Positions 1 through 9,989 are shown, counted from the first letter of the stretch. The stretch: DNA of 64,000 nucleotides from an uncultured Burkholderiaceae bacterium (GCA_964476625.1 CAYZBJ010000003.1:26802-90801), one strand, 5' to 3'. Translations and numbers: made by a program. The notes: generated by a model from the sequence alone, not told the origin.

Positions 1-792
1 CGGCGCATCGGCACCGGCAACAATGCCGACGGCAGCGCGGGCGCCGGCAACGGCACCGTCAAGCTGCAGCCGATGGTGCGCTCCGAACCGATCGAGCGCG
101 ACGCGATCCCGACTCTCGATACCGCCACGATCGCGCCCTTCCTGAACCGCCCCCTGATCGTCGAGGAAAGCGACCTCGCGACCAACCCCCGCATCGTCGC
201 GACCCAGGAAGGCCGGGTCTATCTCGGCCGCGGCGACCTCGCCTACGTGCGCAGCATCGCCGACGAATCGCAGCCCGAATGGCATATCTATCGCAAGGCC
301 AAGCCGATCCTCGACCCCGACACCCGCAAGCCGATCGCCTATGAAGCCCTGTTCGTGGGCGGCGCGCAGCTCGAGCGGGTCGGCGACCCGGCCACGGTGC
401 GCCTGACCAGCGTCACCGAGGAAGTCGGCGTCGGCGACCGGCTGATGCCGGCGATCAAGGGCAAGCCCCTCAACTTCGTTCCGCGGGCGCCCGAGGGTCC
501 GGTCGAAGGCCGGATCGTCAATGTCTACCGGGGCGTCACCCAGGTCGGCCGCAACAGCGTGGTCGCGATCAACCGCGGCCTGGCCGCCGGGGTCGACGAA
601 GGCAGTGTGCTCGAGATCCGGCAGCGCGGGCGCACCGTGGTCGACCGCGAGAAGGACAACGAGAAGGTCAAGCTGCCCGACGAAAGAGTCGGCCATTTGA
701 TGATCTTCCGCTCCTTCGAGAACATCGCCTATGGTCTGGTGATGGAAGCGTCGCAGGCCATCTCGGTCGGCGACGCGGTCGCCAACCCCTGA
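1..792 (+). CDS. C-terminal part of a conserved protein upstream of dprA (LysM-protein position); 5' end lies outside the window
   Basis: Frame 1 is open from base 1 to the stop at 790-792 with coding-like GC3. It sits directly upstream of dprA, where a LysM-domain protein is usually found in proteobacteria. No LysM motif is visible in the part present. Confidence 0.5.
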   Translation, partial: RRIGTGNNADGSAGAGNGTVKLQPMVRSEPIERDAIPTLDTATIAPFLNRPLIVEESDLATNPRIVATQEGRVYLGRGDLAYVRSIADESQPEWHIYRKAKPILDPDTRKPIAYEALFVGGAQLERVGDPATVRLTSVTEEVGVGDRLMPAIKGKPLNFVPRAPEGPVEGRIVNVYRGVTQVGRNSVVAINRGLAAGVDEGSVLEIRQRGRTVVDREKDNEKVKLPDERVGHLMIFRSFENIAYGLVMEASQAISVGDAVANP

Positions 793-829
793 TTCCGGGT
801 GCGTCATCGCGGGCGCCCCGGCGCCCGCG

Positions 830-2110
830 ATGCCGTTCCACCCCCTTCCTGCCGAATCCCCTGCGCATGGCATCCGTGAGCCGGATCCGTCCGACTGGCT
901 GCGCCTGAGCCTCACCGAAGGGCTCGGCCCGACGCGCATCCTGTGCCTGCTGCGCGCCTTCGGCGGGCCCGCTGACATCCTCGCCACCCCGACCGCGCAT
1001 CTCGCCGGGATCGTCGGCGCCGCCATCGCCGCCCGCATTTCCGCCATCGACCCGGCGCGCGATGCGCGCGTCGCGGCCAGCCTCGAGTGGCTGGCCGGCG
1101 CCGCCGACCGCCACCTGCTCACCCTGGACGACCCCGCCTACCCGCCGGCATGGTTGAGCCTCGCCGATCCACCGCCCTGCGTCATGGTGCGCGGCCGGCT
1201 CGACGCCCTCGCCGCACCGGCCATCGCGATCGTCGGGTCGCGCCATGCGAGCGCCAGCGGCGCGCGCACCGCCCATGACTTCGCGGCCAGCCTGGCGAGC
1301 GAAGGCTGGTGCATCGCGAGCGGGCTGGCGCTCGGGATCGATGCCGCCGCCCACGCAGGCGCGCTCGCCGCCGGCGGCCCGACGGTCGCCTTCGTCGGCA
1401 CCGGCCTCGACCAGGACTATCCGACGCGCCACCGGGGGCTTGCGCAGCGCATCGCCGCCACCGGCGCCCTCGTCTCCGAGTTCGCGCTCGGCATGGCGCC
1501 CCTGCGGGGGAACTTCCCGCGGCGCAACCGCCTGATCGCGGCCCATGCGCGCGGGGTGCTGGTGGTCGAGGCGGCCCGCCAGAGCGGCTCGCTCATCACC
1601 GCGACCGAAGCCGCGGAGCTCGGCCGGGAAGTCTTCGCGATGCCGGGCTCGATCCATTCGCCGCTGGCGCGGGGCTGCCACTGGCTGATCCGCCAGGGCG
1701 CCAAGCTGGTCGAGGAAGTCGCCGATGTGCGCGATGAGTTCCCCGCCGCCCTGCGCCCGCCAGTGGGCGCCGGCTCGGTGGCCGAGGCGCCGGCGCCGAC
1801 CCGCACGACGCCAGGGTCTCCTGCCGGGGTGGCGGTCCCGGCCGGCGGCATGGCGCCGGGGGCGACCGCCGCGGCGGCCACGCTCGCCAGCCTCGACTGG
1901 CATCCGGCGAGCCCCGACGAACTCGCGCAACGACTCCCGTTCGGGGTGCCGGCGATCCTCGCCGCATTGCTCGAACTCGAGCTGGCCGGACAGGTCGAAA
2001 GGCTGGCCGGCGGCCGCTACCAGCGCTGCGAGGCGAGCGGGGTCGGGGCCGGCGCCGGCCGCCCCGGGCAGCCGGCCCGAGTTGCACGGCGCGTCGACCG
2101 GCCCGTATGA
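830..2110 (+). CDS. dprA: DNA-processing protein DprA (Smf)
   Basis: ATG at 830. Rossmann-like DprA core motifs are present: GSRHAS, GLALGIDAAAHAGAL, GTGLDQDYP, NFPRRNRLIA and ARQSGSLITA. Confidence 0.9.
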   Translation: MPFHPLPAESPAHGIREPDPSDWLRLSLTEGLGPTRILCLLRAFGGPADILATPTAHLAGIVGAAIAARISAIDPARDARVAASLEWLAGAADRHLLTLDDPAYPPAWLSLADPPPCVMVRGRLDALAAPAIAIVGSRHASASGARTAHDFAASLASEGWCIASGLALGIDAAAHAGALAAGGPTVAFVGTGLDQDYPTRHRGLAQRIAATGALVSEFALGMAPLRGNFPRRNRLIAAHARGVLVVEAARQSGSLITATEAAELGREVFAMPGSIHSPLARGCHWLIRQGAKLVEEVADVRDEFPAALRPPVGAGSVAEAPAPTRTTPGSPAGVAVPAGGMAPGATAAAATLASLDWHPASPDELAQRLPFGVPAILAALLELELAGQVERLAGGRYQRCEASGVGAGAGRPGQPARVARRVDRPV

Positions 2111-2195
2111 TGGGCCGCCCCTGCGCCCGACCAGGGGCCCGACCAGGGCCGCCGGCCGATCCGCCGGCGCCCGATCCACCGAGTTCCCCGCCCTC

Positions 2196-4898
2196 ATGAG
2201 CAAAGCCCTGATCATTGCCGAGAAGCCCTCCGTCGCCGCCGATATCGCGCGGGCGCTGGGCGGCTTCACCCGCCACGGCGACTATTTCGAATCCGACGAC
2301 TACGTGCTGTCCTCCGCGGTCGGCCACCTCCTCGAGATCAAGGCGCCCGACGATGTCGAGGTCAAGCGCGGGAAATGGTCGTTCGCGAACCTGCCGGTGA
2401 TCCCGCCGCACTTCGACCTCAACCCGATCAAGAAGGGCGAGGAGCGGCTCAAGCTGTTGCGCCGGCTCATCAAGCGCAAGGACGTGACCAGCCTGATCAA
2501 CGCCTGCGACGCGGGCCGCGAGGGCGAGCTGATCTTCCGGCTGATCGTCCAGGATGCCAAGGCGAAGCAGCCGATCCGCCGGCTCTGGCTGCAATCGATG
2601 ACCCAGAACGCGATCCGCGAAGCCTTCGACAAGTTGCGCGACGACGAATCGATGCAGCCGCTGGCCGATGCGGCCCGCTGCCGGTCCGAAGCCGACTGGC
2701 TGGTCGGGATCAACGGCACCCGCGCCATGACCGCCTTCAATTCGCGCGACGGCGGCTTCTACCTGACCACCGTCGGCCGGGTCCAGACCCCGACCCTCGC
2801 GATCGTCGTCGAGCGCGAGGAGAAGATCAAACGCTTCGTCTCCCGGCCCTATTTCGAAGTCCACGCCCAGTTCGGCGTCGCCGCCGGGCCGTACGCGGGA
2901 CGCTGGTTCGATGCCGGGTTCCGCAAGGGCGAGGACCCCGAAGCCCGGGCCGAACGCATCTGGGACCGCGCCAAGGCCGAGGCGATCGTCGCCGCCTGCC
3001 AGGGGCAGCCGGGGACGGTCACCGAGGAGACCCGGCCCTCGACCCAGGCCTCGCCCCTGCTGTTCGACCTCACCAGCCTGCAGCGCGAGGCGAACTCCCG
3101 CTTCGGCTTCTCGGCCAAGACGACGCTTGCCCTGGCGCAATCGCTCTACGAGCGCCACAAGGCGCTGACCTACCCGCGGACCGATTCGCGGGCCCTGCCC
3201 GAGGACTACGTCGACACGGTGCGCGAGACCATGAAGGCGCTCTCGAACGCCCCCGGGGTCGGCCGCTTCGCCAGCGAGATCCTGCGCGAGGGCTGGGTCA
3301 AACCGAACAAGCGAGTGTTCGACAACAAGAAAGTGTCCGATCACTTCGCGATCATCCCGACCCTGCAGGCGCCGGGCAACCTGTCCGATGCGGAGGCCCG
3401 GCTCTACGACCTGGTACTGCGCCGCTTCCTCGCCATCTTCTATCCGGCCGCCGAGTTCCGGGTCACTACCCGAATTACAGAAGTAGCCACTCACTTGTTC
3501 AAAACCGAAGGCAAGGTCATGGTCAGCCCCGGTTGGCTGGCGATCTACCAGAAGGCTGCCAGCAGCACCGAAGGCGACGAGGACGACAAGACCCTGGTTG
3601 CCGTTGCGGAAAGTGAGCGAGCGCACACCAACGAAATCGAGGTGCGTGACCTCGCCACCCGGCCACCGGCGCGCTACACGGAGGCGACCCTGCTCTCGGC
3701 GATGGAAGGCGCCGGCAAGCTGGTCGAGGACGACGAGTTGCGCGAAGCGATGGCCGAGAAGGGCCTGGGCACGCCGGCGACCCGGGCGGCCGTCATCGAG
3801 GGCCTGCTCGCCGAGAACTACCTCCTGCGCGAAGGCCGCGAGCTGATGCCTACCGCCAAGGCGACCCAGCTCATGACCCTGCTGCGCGGCCTCGGCGTCA
3901 CGGAACTGACGATGCCGGAACTCACCGGCGGCTGGGAACAGAAGCTCGCCCAGATGGAACACGGCCGGCTCGATCGCGACGCCTTCATGCGCGAGATCCA
4001 GGAGATGACCCGCAACATCGTCGCGCGGGCCAAGAACTACGGCGCCGATACCGTCCCCGGCGACTACGCGACCCTGCGGACCCCCTGTCCGAAATGCGGC
4101 AGCGTCGTGAAGGAGAACTACAAACGCTTCGCCTGCACCAATCCGGCGTGCGACTTCTCCATCACCAAGATCCCCGGCGGGCGGCAGTTCGAGATCGACG
4201 AAGTCGAGACCCTGCTCACCGAGAAGACACTCGGGCCCCTGCAGGGCTTCCGCAGCCGGATCGGCCGGCCCTTCGCCGCCATCCTGAAGATCACCCCCGA
4301 GCACAAGCTCGAGTTCGACTTCGGCCAGAACGACGATGCCGACGACGCCGAGCCGGTCGACTTCTCGGGGGCCGAAGCCCTCGGCGCCTGCCCGAAATGC
4401 GGCGGCCGGGTCTTCGAGCATGGCCTGAAGTACGTCTGCGAGCGCTCGGTCGGGCCCGGGCGCAGCTGCGACTTCTCCTCGGGCAAGATCATCCTGCAGC
4501 AGGAGATCGCCCCCGAGCAGATCCGCAAGTTGCTCGCCGAGGGCCGCACCGACCTCCTGCCCGGCTTCGTCTCGATGCGGACCCGGCGCAAGTTCAAGGC
4601 GTACCTGGTGCGCGGCGCCGACGGCAAGGTCGGCTTCGAGTTCGAGCCGCGGCCGGTGAAGGCGGGCGCCAAGGCAGGCGCCAAGGCGGCATCGAAGACC
4701 GGCGCCGGGACGCCTGGCAGCGCCGCCGACCCGGCGCAGGCAACGGGCGGGGCGGCGGCGAAGAAAGCCGGAGCGAAGAAGGCCGCCAGCAAGACGCCCG
4801 CGAAAAAGGCAGCCGCGAAGAAGCCGGCGGCAAGGAAGGCGGCTGCGAAGAAGTCGGCGGCCAGGCAGCCAGCCGACGACGCGACCAGCGACGCTTGA
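2196..4898 (+). CDS. topB: DNA topoisomerase III-type (type IA) with two C-terminal Zn ribbons and a Lys/Ala-rich tail
   Basis: Start re-placed at ATG 2196 (MSKALIIAEKPSVA), in frame with track ORF 1725-4898. It has the TopB-like IAEKPS Toprim start, the GHLLEI and DAGREGELIF motifs and the GRVQTPTL active-site region. CPKCG...C..C zinc ribbons occur twice and the protein ends in an AKKAAAKK tail. Confidence 0.85.
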   Translation: MSKALIIAEKPSVAADIARALGGFTRHGDYFESDDYVLSSAVGHLLEIKAPDDVEVKRGKWSFANLPVIPPHFDLNPIKKGEERLKLLRRLIKRKDVTSLINACDAGREGELIFRLIVQDAKAKQPIRRLWLQSMTQNAIREAFDKLRDDESMQPLADAARCRSEADWLVGINGTRAMTAFNSRDGGFYLTTVGRVQTPTLAIVVEREEKIKRFVSRPYFEVHAQFGVAAGPYAGRWFDAGFRKGEDPEARAERIWDRAKAEAIVAACQGQPGTVTEETRPSTQASPLLFDLTSLQREANSRFGFSAKTTLALAQSLYERHKALTYPRTDSRALPEDYVDTVRETMKALSNAPGVGRFASEILREGWVKPNKRVFDNKKVSDHFAIIPTLQAPGNLSDAEARLYDLVLRRFLAIFYPAAEFRVTTRITEVATHLFKTEGKVMVSPGWLAIYQKAASSTEGDEDDKTLVAVAESERAHTNEIEVRDLATRPPARYTEATLLSAMEGAGKLVEDDELREAMAEKGLGTPATRAAVIEGLLAENYLLREGRELMPTAKATQLMTLLRGLGVTELTMPELTGGWEQKLAQMEHGRLDRDAFMREIQEMTRNIVARAKNYGADTVPGDYATLRTPCPKCGSVVKENYKRFACTNPACDFSITKIPGGRQFEIDEVETLLTEKTLGPLQGFRSRIGRPFAAILKITPEHKLEFDFGQNDDADDAEPVDFSGAEALGACPKCGGRVFEHGLKYVCERSVGPGRSCDFSSGKIILQQEIAPEQIRKLLAEGRTDLLPGFVSMRTRRKFKAYLVRGADGKVGFEFEPRPVKAGAKAGAKAASKTGAGTPGSAADPAQATGGAAAKKAGAKKAASKTPAKKAAAKKPAARKAAAKKSAARQPADDATSDA

Positions 4899-4915
4899 GG
4901 CGCGACGGGCAGGCG

Positions 4916-5479
4916 ATGACGCGCATGCTGCTGCCGGCCGACCTGGAGGTCGACTGGGTCTTCGCCTATGGCTCGCTGATCTGGGATCCGGGCGACATGG
5001 CGATCACCCGGATCGAAGCCGGCCGGGCCCACGGCTACCACCGCGCCTTCTGCATCCGCTCGACCCTCTACCGGGGCACCCCCGAGCAGCCCGGCCTGGT
5101 GCTGGGGCTCGATCGTGGCGGCAGCTGCATGGGCATGGCCCAGCATCTCGACCCCGGGCGCCGGCGCGAGTCGCTCGAGCACCTCTATGCTCGCGAAATG
5201 CCGGCCGAATCCGACCGCGTCTACCTGCCGAGGATCCTGCGGGTCCGGCTCGCGAGCGGCCCGGAGGTGCGTGCGATCGCCTTCGTCGCCGACCGCAGCC
5301 TGCCCTCGTACGCACGGCTGTCCGAGGACGAGATCCTCGGGCAGATCGGCGCCTGCCACGGGCGCCGGGGGCCGAATCGCGACTACGCGATCAACACCTG
5401 GGAAGCCCTGCGCAGCCACGGGGTGCGCGACGACCGGCTCGCCGCCCTCGTGCGGCGCCTGCGCGCGCAACCCTGCTGA
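4916..5479 (+). CDS. ChaC-family gamma-glutamylcyclotransferase
   Basis: ATG 4916 within track ORF 4094-5479. It carries the N-terminal YGSLIWDPG motif typical of ChaC/GGCT and is about 187 aa long. Confidence 0.75.
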   Translation: MTRMLLPADLEVDWVFAYGSLIWDPGDMAITRIEAGRAHGYHRAFCIRSTLYRGTPEQPGLVLGLDRGGSCMGMAQHLDPGRRRESLEHLYAREMPAESDRVYLPRILRVRLASGPEVRAIAFVADRSLPSYARLSEDEILGQIGACHGRRGPNRDYAINTWEALRSHGVRDDRLAALVRRLRAQPC

Positions 5480-5492
5480 GCCGGTCGGTCTC

Positions 5493-6260
5493 TCAGGGGT
5501 TCGTGTTGCCGCCGCCCTCGCGGATAGCCTTGTGCAGCCGCGCCGGCTTGTGCCTGGCGCGCAGCCGGATGTTGAGCATCTCGACGGTGACCGAGAAGGC
5601 CATCGCGAAGTAGATGTAGCCCTTCGGAATGTGCTGGCCGAAGCCCTCGGCGATCAGGACCACGCCGACCAGGACGAGGAAGCTGAGCGCGAGCATCTTG
5701 ACGGTCGGGTGCGCGTCGACGAACTCGCCGATCGGCTTGGCGCCGACCATCATGATGCCCACCGAGAGGACGATCGCGATGACCATGATCGAGACGTGCT
5801 CGACCAGGCCGACCGCGGTGATCACCGAGTCGAGCGAGAAGACGATGTCGATCAGGGCGATCTGCACCATGATCGCGCCGAAGCTCGCCACCACCGGGGT
5901 CTTCGACTCGGTGCCGTCGTCCGTCTCGAGCGACTGGTGGATCTCGTGGACCGCCTTCCAGAGCAGGAACAGCCCGCCCCCGAGGAGGATCACGTCACGA
6001 CCCGATATCGGCTGGCCGAAGACCTCGAAGAAAGGCGTGGTGAGCCGCATGATCCAGGCGATCGACAACAGCAGCAGCAGCCGCATGATCATGGCCAGCC
6101 CGAGGCCGATGATCCGCCCGCGGGCCCGCTGGTGCTCGGGCAGGCGCCCCACGAGGATCGAGATGAAGATGATGTTGTCGATCCCGAGCACGATCTCGAG
6201 CGCCGCAAGCGTCGCGAGCGCGACCCAGGCCTGCGGGTCGGAGAGCCATTCGAATCCCAT
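5493..6260 (-). CDS. TerC-family integral membrane protein
   Basis: 255-aa polytopic membrane protein. It has the TerC signature LE(I)VLGIDNIIFI near the N-terminus and a second repeat (DSVITAVG). Confidence 0.85.
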   Translation of the reverse strand: MGFEWLSDPQAWVALATLAALEIVLGIDNIIFISILVGRLPEHQRARGRIIGLGLAMIMRLLLLLSIAWIMRLTTPFFEVFGQPISGRDVILLGGGLFLLWKAVHEIHQSLETDDGTESKTPVVASFGAIMVQIALIDIVFSLDSVITAVGLVEHVSIMVIAIVLSVGIMMVGAKPIGEFVDAHPTVKMLALSFLVLVGVVLIAEGFGQHIPKGYIYFAMAFSVTVEMLNIRLRARHKPARLHKAIREGGGNTNP

Positions 6261-6339
6261 GGGTGGGTTCCAGTCGGGTTCTTGTTTGAGGGCGTGCTCG
6301 CCGAAATGATAAACGAGACGCCCCGCCCCGGTCGGGCAT

Positions 6340-6834
6340 TCAGAACAGCAATGCGAACACGAACAGGCCGATCATCATGAAGCTGATCGCGATCTTCACC
6401 GCAGTGCCGACGAGCATGCCGATCCAGGTGGCGATGCCGACCGACCCGGCGCGCGGCAGATCGCGCACCGCGATGTACTCGCCCAGGGCGGCGCCCACCA
6501 GCGGCAGGAACAGGATGCCGACCAGGCCGGTGAACACGCCCGCGACGGTGCCGATCAGCGCGCCGAGCACCGCCTGCCGGCTCGCGCCGACCCGCTGGGC
6601 GCCGAGCACCGCCGACAGGTAGTCGACGATCCAGGCGAGCACCATCAGGACGCCGGCGATGATGACCACGGTGCCACTGACCCGGGTGAAATCATCGATC
6701 CAGGCGCCCAGCGCGATGCCGGCGAACACGAATACCGCGCCGGGCAGCGCCGGGACCACGGTGCCGAGCAGGCCGATGACGATCAGCGCGGCCACGCCGA
6801 TCCAGAGCAGGACCGCCACCGCCGTCGCGGACAT
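6340..6834 (-). CDS. DUF456-family small membrane protein
   Basis: Only the last 164 codons of track ORF 6340-8448 look real (MSATAVAVLLWIG..., four hydrophobic helices). Its ATG at 6834-6832 overlaps the TGA of the upstream alcohol dehydrogenase-like gene by 1 nt. Confidence 0.7.
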   Translation of the reverse strand: MSATAVAVLLWIGVAALIVIGLLGTVVPALPGAVFVFAGIALGAWIDDFTRVSGTVVIIAGVLMVLAWIVDYLSAVLGAQRVGASRQAVLGALIGTVAGVFTGLVGILFLPLVGAALGEYIAVRDLPRAGSVGIATWIGMLVGTAVKIAISFMMIGLFVFALLF

Positions 6835-8003
6835 CACCAGGCGAGCTCGAGGATCGCGAGGACGTCGTCCGGCCCGGCGACCGGCCGGGGATTGGTCCGG
6901 ATCGGGCCGGTGCCGTCGTAGCGGGCGGCCATCGCGGGCAGCTGCGATCGCTCGATGCCGATCTCGCGCAGCCGGGTCGGCAGGCCGAGTCCGGCGAGGA
7001 AACTCCGCAACGCGGGCCCGGCCGGCTCGCCGGCAGCCCCCAGCAGGGTGGCGATGGTCCGCTGGCGCGCCTCGTTGACCGACACGTTCCACTCGAGCAC
7101 CGCCGGCAGCATCAGGCAGGAGGTGATCCCGTGCGGCACGCCGTAGGCGCCCCCGAGGATGTAGCCGATGCCATGGCTCGCGCCCATCGGGACATCGGTC
7201 GCGCCAGGCAGCATCGACAGCCACATCGCGATCTGGGCGGCATGGCGGGCCTCGAGGTCGGCCGGATCGGCATGGATGCGCGGCAGGGATTCGAGCAGCA
7301 TGGCGAGCGCCTTGTACGCCACCGCATCGCTGAAGGGCACCGGCTCGGCGGCGCACCAGCGCTCGACGGCATGGTCGATCGAGCGCACCCCGGTCGAGAG
7401 CAGGAGCTCCATCGGCGTATCGAGGGTAGCGGCAGGGTCGAGGATTACCGCCTCGGGCGCCGCGAGCGGGTGCGCGAAGCCGAGCTTGCGCCCGCTCGAC
7501 ACATCGGTGACGCCGGCGCGGTGGCTGAACTCGGCCGCCGACAGGGTGGTCGGCAGCGCGAACATGCGCAGGGCCTGCGGATCGCGGTGCCAGTCGTCGG
7601 GCTGGCGGCCGCCCCGGTGCTTGCCGTTGACGATGGCGTCGAGCCCGTCGACCTGGTCGATGTCGTACCAGAGCGCCTGCAGCATCACCTTGCTCGCGTC
7701 GATCACCGAGCCGCCGCCGATCGCGAGGATCCGGTCGGCGCCGGCGGCGCGCACCTGCTGCGCGCCGGCGATCACGGATTCGCGCGGGCTGTGGGCGGGG
7801 ATGGCATCGAACTTGCCCGCAAACCGTGCGCCGAGCGCGTCGATCGCGGCGGCGACGAGCCGGCCGTCGGTCAGGGACCGGGTGGTGGTGATGAAGACCC
7901 GTTGGGCACCGCAGGTATCGACCTCGGCGGCAATGGCTTCGGCCAAGGGCACCGCCTGGTAGATGCGCGGCTGCGCCAGGGTGCGATGGATGCCTGCCTG
8001 CAT
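6834..8003 (-). CDS. Iron-containing alcohol dehydrogenase family protein (maleylacetate reductase-like)
   Basis: Start re-placed at ATG 8003 (MQAGIH), which has a GGAGAG SD 5 nt upstream. Motifs are the GGGSVIDASK nucleotide-binding loop and the metal-ligand region HGIGYILGGAYGVPHG. Confidence 0.8.
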   Translation of the reverse strand: MQAGIHRTLAQPRIYQAVPLAEAIAAEVDTCGAQRVFITTTRSLTDGRLVAAAIDALGARFAGKFDAIPAHSPRESVIAGAQQVRAAGADRILAIGGGSVIDASKVMLQALWYDIDQVDGLDAIVNGKHRGGRQPDDWHRDPQALRMFALPTTLSAAEFSHRAGVTDVSSGRKLGFAHPLAAPEAVILDPAATLDTPMELLLSTGVRSIDHAVERWCAAEPVPFSDAVAYKALAMLLESLPRIHADPADLEARHAAQIAMWLSMLPGATDVPMGASHGIGYILGGAYGVPHGITSCLMLPAVLEWNVSVNEARQRTIATLLGAAGEPAGPALRSFLAGLGLPTRLREIGIERSQLPAMAARYDGTGPIRTNPRPVAGPDDVLAILELAW

Positions 8004-8173
8004 GATGCTCTCCGGAGCGTTGGAGTGAGCTGCGGCGAACATGGTACAACCGGCGCAGGGGCCGGGTCCGCAAGGCCCGGAAATTGCTCCGGCATGGGTT
8101 GGCATCGACCGGCGATGGCTGGCATCGACCGGCAATGCACCGCCCGCCAACGGGTTCCCAGTGGAATGACGAC

Positions 8174-9190
8174 ATGATGCAACAAACCGAAGCGCAGCCC
8201 GCCGGAGGCCGGCTCGCGATCGAATTCGACGATGTCGCCGCCGCGGCCGAACGGCTCGACGGCCACGCGGTGCGCACGCCAGCGCTCGCCAGCGCAGCGC
8301 TCGACGCACGCTGTGGCGCGCAGGTCTTCTTCAAGTGCGAGAACCTGCAGCACGGCGGCGCGTTCAAGTTCCGCGGCGCCTTCAACACCTTGTCGCAGCT
8401 CTCGCCCGAACAGCGCCGCCGCGGCGTGGTCGCCTTTTCCTCGGGCAATCATGCGATCGCGGTCTCGCTCGCCGCGAAACGGCTGGAGATTCCGGCGACG
8501 ATCGTGATGCCGGCCGATGCACCCGAGATCAAGGCCCGGCTCACCGCCGCCAACGGCGCGCGCATCGTCGCCTACGATCGCTTCAACGAAGACCGCGAAG
8601 CCATCGCCCGCCAGCTTGCCGAGCAGGAGGGCCTCGCGCTGGTGCCACCCTTCGACCATCCCGAGGTGATGGCCGGCCAGGGCACGGTCGCGCTCGAACT
8701 GATCGAGCAGGTCGGCGCGCTCGACCTGCTGCTGGTCTGCGTCGGGGGCGGCGGCCTGATCTCCGGCTGTGCGACCGCGGCCGCCGGCCGCTCGCCGGGC
8801 TGCCGTGTCGTCGGCGTGGAGCCGAGCGCCGGGGACGATGTCCGCCAGTCGCTGGCGCGCGGCGAGATCGTCTCGATCGAGGTGCCGCGGACCATCGCCG
8901 ATGGCGCCCAGACGCGAGCGCCGGGCAGGCTCACCTTCCCGGTGATCCGCGAACGGGTCGCGGCCATCGAGACGGCCAGCGATGCGGCCCTGGTCGAGAC
9001 GATGCGCTTCTTCGCCGAGTCGATGAAGCTCGTGGTCGAACCGACCGGCTGCCTCGCCGCGGCGCCCCTGGTGACGGGAGCGCTGGATGTGCGCGGCCTG
9101 CGCGTGGGAGTCGTCGTCAGTGGCGGCAACGTCGCCCTGCCGGCGTATGTCGAGTATCTCGCCACCGAACTGCTCGACAACGCGCGCTGA
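8174..9190 (+). CDS. PLP-dependent threonine/serine dehydratase family enzyme (serine racemase / hydroxyaspartate dehydratase-like)
   Basis: Start at ATG 8174 (MMQQTE). It has the PLP-lysine motif FKCENLQHGGAFKFRGA, the glycine loop GGGGLISG and a C-terminal SGGN. Confidence 0.8.
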   Translation: MMQQTEAQPAGGRLAIEFDDVAAAAERLDGHAVRTPALASAALDARCGAQVFFKCENLQHGGAFKFRGAFNTLSQLSPEQRRRGVVAFSSGNHAIAVSLAAKRLEIPATIVMPADAPEIKARLTAANGARIVAYDRFNEDREAIARQLAEQEGLALVPPFDHPEVMAGQGTVALELIEQVGALDLLLVCVGGGGLISGCATAAAGRSPGCRVVGVEPSAGDDVRQSLARGEIVSIEVPRTIADGAQTRAPGRLTFPVIRERVAAIETASDAALVETMRFFAESMKLVVEPTGCLAAAPLVTGALDVRGLRVGVVVSGGNVALPAYVEYLATELLDNAR

Positions 9191-9317
9191 GTCCGCGCCG
9201 GCCTCGGCGCGTTCGCGCGAACCCGGATTCCCGCTGGTCGCCCGCGACCATGCCGGCGGCGTTACCATCGATACGCCGCCGGGGGCGGCCCGGGCGGCAC
9301 CAACAAGGAGACCAGTC

Positions 9318-9989
9318 ATGGGTAGTCAGATCGAACTCACCGCGGCCGACGGCCATCGCTTCGACGCCTACGTTGCCGAGCCGGGCGACGCCGCGCGCGG
9401 GGCCATCGTGATCGCGCCGGAGATCTTCGGCATCAACGCGCATATCCGTTCGGTGGCCGACGACTACGCCGCCGAGGGCTTCCTCGCCATTGCGCCGGCC
9501 CTGTTCGACCGCGTGCAACGCAAGTTCGAGACCGGCTACGAGCCCGACGACATCAAGGTCGGCATCGAGCTGATGAACCGGATCGACATCGCCGACGCGA
9601 TCGCCGACACCTCGGCGGCCGTCGAACACGCCGCGAGCGCCGGCCGGGTCGGACTGGTCGGCTATTGCTGGGGCGGCACCATCGCCTGGGTCGGCGCGGC
9701 CCGCATCGAGGGCCTGTCGGCCTCGGTGGCCTACTACGGCGGCGGCATCCCGCGCCATGCCGACGAAGCGCCGCGCTGCCCGCTGCTATGCCACTTCGGC
9801 GAACTCGACCAGTCGCCCACGCCGGAACAGGCGCGCGATGCCATCGGCCGCCACCCGGGTATCGAAGCGCATTTCTACGCCGGCGCCGGCCACGGCTTCA
9901 ACTGCGACATGCGCGGCTCCTACAACGCGGAAGCCGCGAAGCTCGCCCGCAGCCGCAGCCTCGCGTTCTTCCACCAGCACGTCGGCTAA
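9318..9989 (+). CDS. Dienelactone hydrolase family protein
   Basis: ATG 9318 is preceded by an AAGGAG SD at 9305-9310. It has the nucleophile elbow GYCWGG and the C-terminal GAGHGF typical of DLH-fold hydrolases. Confidence 0.85.
   Translation: MGSQIELTAADGHRFDAYVAEPGDAARGAIVIAPEIFGINAHIRSVADDYAAEGFLAIAPALFDRVQRKFETGYEPDDIKVGIELMNRIDIADAIADTSAAVEHAASAGRVGLVGYCWGGTIAWVGAARIEGLSASVAYYGGGIPRHADEAPRCPLLCHFGELDQSPTPEQARDAIGRHPGIEAHFYAGAGHGFNCDMRGSYNAEAAKLARSRSLAFFHQHVG

Noticed and set aside
668-4421. Very long minus-strand ORFs (668-2269, 533 aa; 1596-4421, 941 aa) antisense to dprA and topB
   Set aside because: Their composition is Arg/Ala/Gly/Pro-rich with no recognisable motifs. They lie exactly opposite genes with strong motif support, which is typical of stop-codon-poor antisense frames in high-GC DNA.
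6261-6339. yybP-ykoY (Mn) riboswitch upstream of the TerC-family gene
   Set aside because: Only 79 nt are available and the conserved GGGGAGUAG-type core is not present.
6340-8448. Track ORF of 702 aa treated as one gene
   Set aside because: Only the last 164 codons (the DUF456 membrane protein) look coding. The upstream part is an alternate frame of the Fe-ADH-family gene region.
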